Assembly (NCBI GenBank): GCA_965215365.1 | Contig: CBDCDS010000003.1 | Span: forward strand, 1,344,001-1,408,000 | DNA length: 64,000 nt | Reading direction: 5' to 3' | Source of the DNA: Gammaproteobacteria bacterium | GTDB taxonomy: Bacteria; Pseudomonadota; Gammaproteobacteria; Eutrophobiales; Eutrophobiaceae | Shown here: positions 58,808-64,000 of the stretch, in pieces | How positions within the stretch are numbered: position 1 is the first letter of the stretch | Layout of the letters: each line of letters opens with the position of its first letter | Position numbers and translations under genes: made by a program | Notes under the pieces: model-generated | Database searches by the model: none | Told to the model about the DNA's origin: nothing | Seen by the model: only the letters and a program-made list of their open reading frames with translations

Positions 58808-60139
58808 CTACCATAGATCACTCCACTTTCTTAAGTTGTGTCCTTTTACCGCGTAAAAGAGAATTAACAGATAGCAGGGCAGCATGATCCAATAAGCACG
58901 TTGCAAGTCCTGTAAATATTCTGCCATGGCGCCGTAAATCAGCGGAAGCACGGCCCCACCCCCAATGCCCATAATCAATAACGCCGAACCCGTGTGGATC
59001 TGTTTTTTGTTTAAGCCAGACAATGCAAGTGGCCATATAACCGGCCACACCATGGCGTTGGACAGCCCAAACAGGGCCACATACAAAACGACATCGGGAA
59101 TAGGGGGAATGGGGGAGGCCTCAGCAGAGCCGAATAATGCGTTCCATATTATGCTCGACTCGGCGCTGGCATTGACTAACAGCAACGACAAACCTATACC
59201 CAGCATTGCGGAAATCATCAATGCTGTTTTTTGGCTTAACCAACGAGGAATCGCAAGTATGCCAAGAATATACCCTACTACCATGAAGCCCATGGTATAG
59301 GAGGTCAACTCGCTATAATTGCTTACCCCGGTTTCTTTCCCAAACAAACCGATGGTATCGCCGGCGATAACCTCTGCGCCCACATAAAAAAACAAGGTAA
59401 CAACGCCAAGAACCAGTTGCGGGTGATGCAGAATACCAGCCTTTCCGTCCCCTGCGTCTGCTGCTTCCTGCTCCTCGTTCGCCGGTTCCGGCAAGGGCGA
59501 GAGCCATACATAAACAGCCAGCGCCAATAACAACCCGGCCAACATTAAATACGGCTCGATGAGCCGGGCGGATAATGCTTGCAGTTCAATGAGCCGCTGC
59601 GCCGGCTCTAACAGGGCAAGGCGCGCCTCATCAAATTGTGATATATCGGAGAAGATCAGCGCAGTAAACGCCAACGGGGCGATCACGCCGGCGCCTTTAT
59701 TCAGAACCCCCATGATACTGATACGCACTGCGGCCGTCTCACGCGGGCCAATCATCACAATGTAGGGGTTAACGGCGGTTTGCAGAATAGTCAGCCCGGT
59801 TCCCAAGATAAATAATGCCGCCAGAAAAATACTGTACATCCGCAATAATGCCGCCGGAATGAACATCAGGCTCCCCACTGCCATGATGAACAAGCCCAGG
59901 ATCAGACCGTTTTTATAGCCGGTGCGAAACAGGATCGCCGACATGGGTAAAGCCGTCAGAGTATAAGTGATATAAAATGCCAGAGTGACCAGATAGGCCT
60001 GCACTTGATTGAGTTCACAGGCAATCTGCAGGAATGGAATCAACGAACCGTTCAGCCAGGTAATAAAACCAAACATAAAAAACAGCCCGCCGATGAGCAG
60101 CAGGGGTACTAATCCGGATATATGATCTGTTTTGTTCAT
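58808..60139 (-). CDS. MFS sugar transporter, FucP/GluP family (NagP-like)
   Basis: FFMFGFITWLNGSLIPF, LQTAVNPY, YVGAEV, WP.IWPLAL and MGIGGGA. About 12 TM segments. Confidence 0.9.
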   Translation of the reverse strand: MNKTDHISGLVPLLLIGGLFFMFGFITWLNGSLIPFLQIACELNQVQAYLVTLAFYITYTLTALPMSAILFRTGYKNGLILGLFIMAVGSLMFIPAALLRMYSIFLAALFILGTGLTILQTAVNPYIVMIGPRETAAVRISIMGVLNKGAGVIAPLAFTALIFSDISQFDEARLALLEPAQRLIELQALSARLIEPYLMLAGLLLALAVYVWLSPLPEPANEEQEAADAGDGKAGILHHPQLVLGVVTLFFYVGAEVIAGDTIGLFGKETGVSNYSELTSYTMGFMVVGYILGILAIPRWLSQKTALMISAMLGIGLSLLLVNASAESSIIWNALFGSAEASPIPPIPDVVLYVALFGLSNAMVWPVIWPLALSGLNKKQIHTGSALLIMGIGGGAVLPLIYGAMAEYLQDLQRAYWIMLPCYLLILFYAVKGHNLRKWSDLW

Positions 60140-61428
60140 TAGCGGCTAACCTGTTTCCAGCCGTTGGCGGCGTAGTAACATACCATGAGGAAACCCGTCA
60201 TGGGAACCAGCAGAGATAACTGGATATTGCCGCTCAGGTCGGCGATATAACCCATAACCGGTGGCAACACGGCGCCGCCGGCGATGGCCATGATCATGAG
60301 TGAGGACCCCAGTTTGGTAAGGTGGCCCAAATCCCTCACCCCCAGAGCAAACACCGTCGGCCACATGATGGACATGAACAGAGTGGTCAACCACAAGGCC
60401 CAGATCGCCAGCCAGCCGGAGGTCGTGATGGCAACGCCCAGTAAGCCGATGTTGACGACCGCATAGCTCAGCAGCAGGTGCTGCGGCGCCACTCTCTGCA
60501 TGATAAGACCACCGGAAAAACGCCCGATCATCAACGCCAGGAAGCCGTAGGCAAGTAATTTGCCGGCGGCCTTCTCCGTGGTTTCCGGACTTAAGTCTTT
60601 GGTGAAGTCGATAAAGAACGACCAGATACAGACCTGCGCCCCCACGTAGAAGAACTGAGTCACGGCAGCCAGTACCAGGTGCCGGTGCCGGAACAGGTCG
60701 CGGATGCGACCCTTGTGAGCTGCCGTTGCATCTCCCTCGGCTCCGGTAAGTGGCGGGAACCTAGAGCAGAAAATCAACACCATGATAACGGCTACGCAGG
60801 CGGCCAGCCACAGGTAGGGTTGCTGTACCGTCTTCGCCTCCGCCGCGCGCCAGGCGTCCAGTTCAGCCGCAGACAGCGCGGCAATCTCGGTGGGCGTATA
60901 TTCGATGCCGGAGAAGATGAAGATACTGCCCAGGAACGGCCCGACAAAGGCGCCGAGGCCGTAGAAGGACTGGGCGATATTCAGCCTGGCAGGCCCGGTG
61001 CGCGGGTCCCCCATGACTGATACGTAGGGATTCGCAGCCGTCTCCAGAAAAGCCAGACCGAAGGCGATGATGTACAGCGCCGCCAGGAACAAGCCGAAGG
61101 CGCGCGCCTCCGCCGCAGGGTAAAACATCAGCGCCCCACCGCAGTACAGCGTCAGGCCCACCAGGATGCCGTTCTTGTAACCGAACCGCTTCATGGCCAG
61201 ACCGGCGGGGATGGCGCCGAAAAAATAACCGAAATAGAACGCGGTCTGGATAAGACCTGCCTGGCCGCGGGACAGTTCCAGCGCCTTCTGGAACTGGCGG
61301 ATGAGAATGTCGTTCAACTGTGCGGCTAGCGCCCAGGAAAAAAACAATGTTGTCACCAGTAAAAACGGCAACAGATATTTCTTTTCCAGCAGGACTGGCT
61401 TTTTGCCGTCGGCCGTTATTTCACTCAT
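60139..61428 (-). CDS. fucP: L-fucose:H+ symporter-family MFS permease
   Basis: LFFSW...LNDILI.QF, FLETAANPY, RLN.AQSF, YVGAQV.IWS, FMSIMWPT.F and MAIAGGA. Confidence 0.8.
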   Translation of the reverse strand: MSEITADGKKPVLLEKKYLLPFLLVTTLFFSWALAAQLNDILIRQFQKALELSRGQAGLIQTAFYFGYFFGAIPAGLAMKRFGYKNGILVGLTLYCGGALMFYPAAEARAFGLFLAALYIIAFGLAFLETAANPYVSVMGDPRTGPARLNIAQSFYGLGAFVGPFLGSIFIFSGIEYTPTEIAALSAAELDAWRAAEAKTVQQPYLWLAACVAVIMVLIFCSRFPPLTGAEGDATAAHKGRIRDLFRHRHLVLAAVTQFFYVGAQVCIWSFFIDFTKDLSPETTEKAAGKLLAYGFLALMIGRFSGGLIMQRVAPQHLLLSYAVVNIGLLGVAITTSGWLAIWALWLTTLFMSIMWPTVFALGVRDLGHLTKLGSSLMIMAIAGGAVLPPVMGYIADLSGNIQLSLLVPMTGFLMVCYYAANGWKQVSR

Positions 61429-61626
61429 GGGAATTACCTGATACCATAACGTTCTTATCCCGATAACGAATTGATATAGTTCATTGTTACCGTTAAGCAG
61501 AACGCCCGGGCATCGCCATCCGGCTGCCGGGCGGGGGAAGTTGTAAAAATAATTTTCATATTCGGAAAATCAATAGTACAGTATGCACACCATGAGTGCA
61601 ACCGAGGAAAAACAAGCAGGAATTTC
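61429..61626. promoter_or_regulatory. Divergent promoter region between fucP and fucU
   Basis: AT-rich intergenic region between divergent starts. Contains an imperfect palindrome tgttaccgttaa (61485-61496), an inverted repeat cgcccgg/ccgggcg (61503-61533) and tgtaaaaataattttca (61542-61558). Confidence 0.5.
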
Positions 61627-62067
61627 ATGTTAAAAGATATCGATCCTTTACTCGGGCCGGAACTGCTTGGCGCACTCAGGGGGATGGGGCATGGTGATGA
61701 TATCGCCATCGTCGATGCCAACTTTCCTGCCGTCAGTCACGCGCTAAATCTGCTCCGTCTTGACGGAGTGAGTGCCACCGCGGCGCTACAGGCGGTGCTT
61801 TCCGTTATGCCCTTAGATACCTTCGTCAGTTGTCCGGTACATACCATGGAAGTGGTCGACACCCCGGCTGCCACGCCACCCGTGGTGATGGAATTCCATA
61901 GTATTGTCAAGGCCGCTACGCCAGCTCCGGTAGCCATTGGTGCCTTGGAACGCTTTGCCTTCTACGCGCGCGTCAAAGAGGCCTTTGTTGTGGTCGTGAC
62001 CGGCGAGCGGCGCTTGTACGGCAATATCCTGCTGAAAAAGGGTATTATTCGCGCCGATAATCTGTAG
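61627..62067 (+). CDS. fucU: RbsD/FucU-family sugar mutarotase (L-fucose mutarotase-like)
   Basis: MLK.IDP.L.PELL..L..MGHGD.I.I.DANFP, LERFAFY and TGE.R.YGNI.LKKG. Confidence 0.85.
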   Translation: MLKDIDPLLGPELLGALRGMGHGDDIAIVDANFPAVSHALNLLRLDGVSATAALQAVLSVMPLDTFVSCPVHTMEVVDTPAATPPVVMEFHSIVKAATPAPVAIGALERFAFYARVKEAFVVVVTGERRLYGNILLKKGIIRADNL

Positions 62068-62123
62068 CCTGCGGCAGCCTAGAAAAGCTCGTCCAAGCCT
62101 TTGGCCCTCCCAACCCTATCGCG

Positions 62124-64000
<1,877 letters not shown>

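Overview
Probably a gammaproteobacterial region, inferred from the gene families present. About two thirds of the window (1-41803) is one 5'-truncated giant gene of more than 13,900 aa. Its product carries six DUF4091/GH123-like beta-N-acetylhexosaminidase catalytic modules, interleaved with Calx-beta, FN3, He_PIG and seven CBM-like domains whose loops are hypervariable. These are followed by about 17 tandem 280-aa (840-bp) Ig-type repeats and a C-terminal Calx-beta region with no recognisable autotransporter or RTX tail. Downstream on the same strand lie an RTX Ca-binding protein, a type II secretion cluster (gspC-M; GspD has an unusual repetitive acidic tail), and a BadF-family sugar kinase, a PIG-L de-N-acetylase and nagB. 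Next come two convergent FucP/GluP-family MFS transporters, a FucU/RbsD mutarotase and a partial acnA. Together this looks like a candidate glycan-foraging system: a stalked multi-enzyme surface protein, a secretion machine, and uptake plus catabolism of N-acetylhexosamine and fucose. All domain calls were made by eye from motifs, and domain boundaries are approximate.
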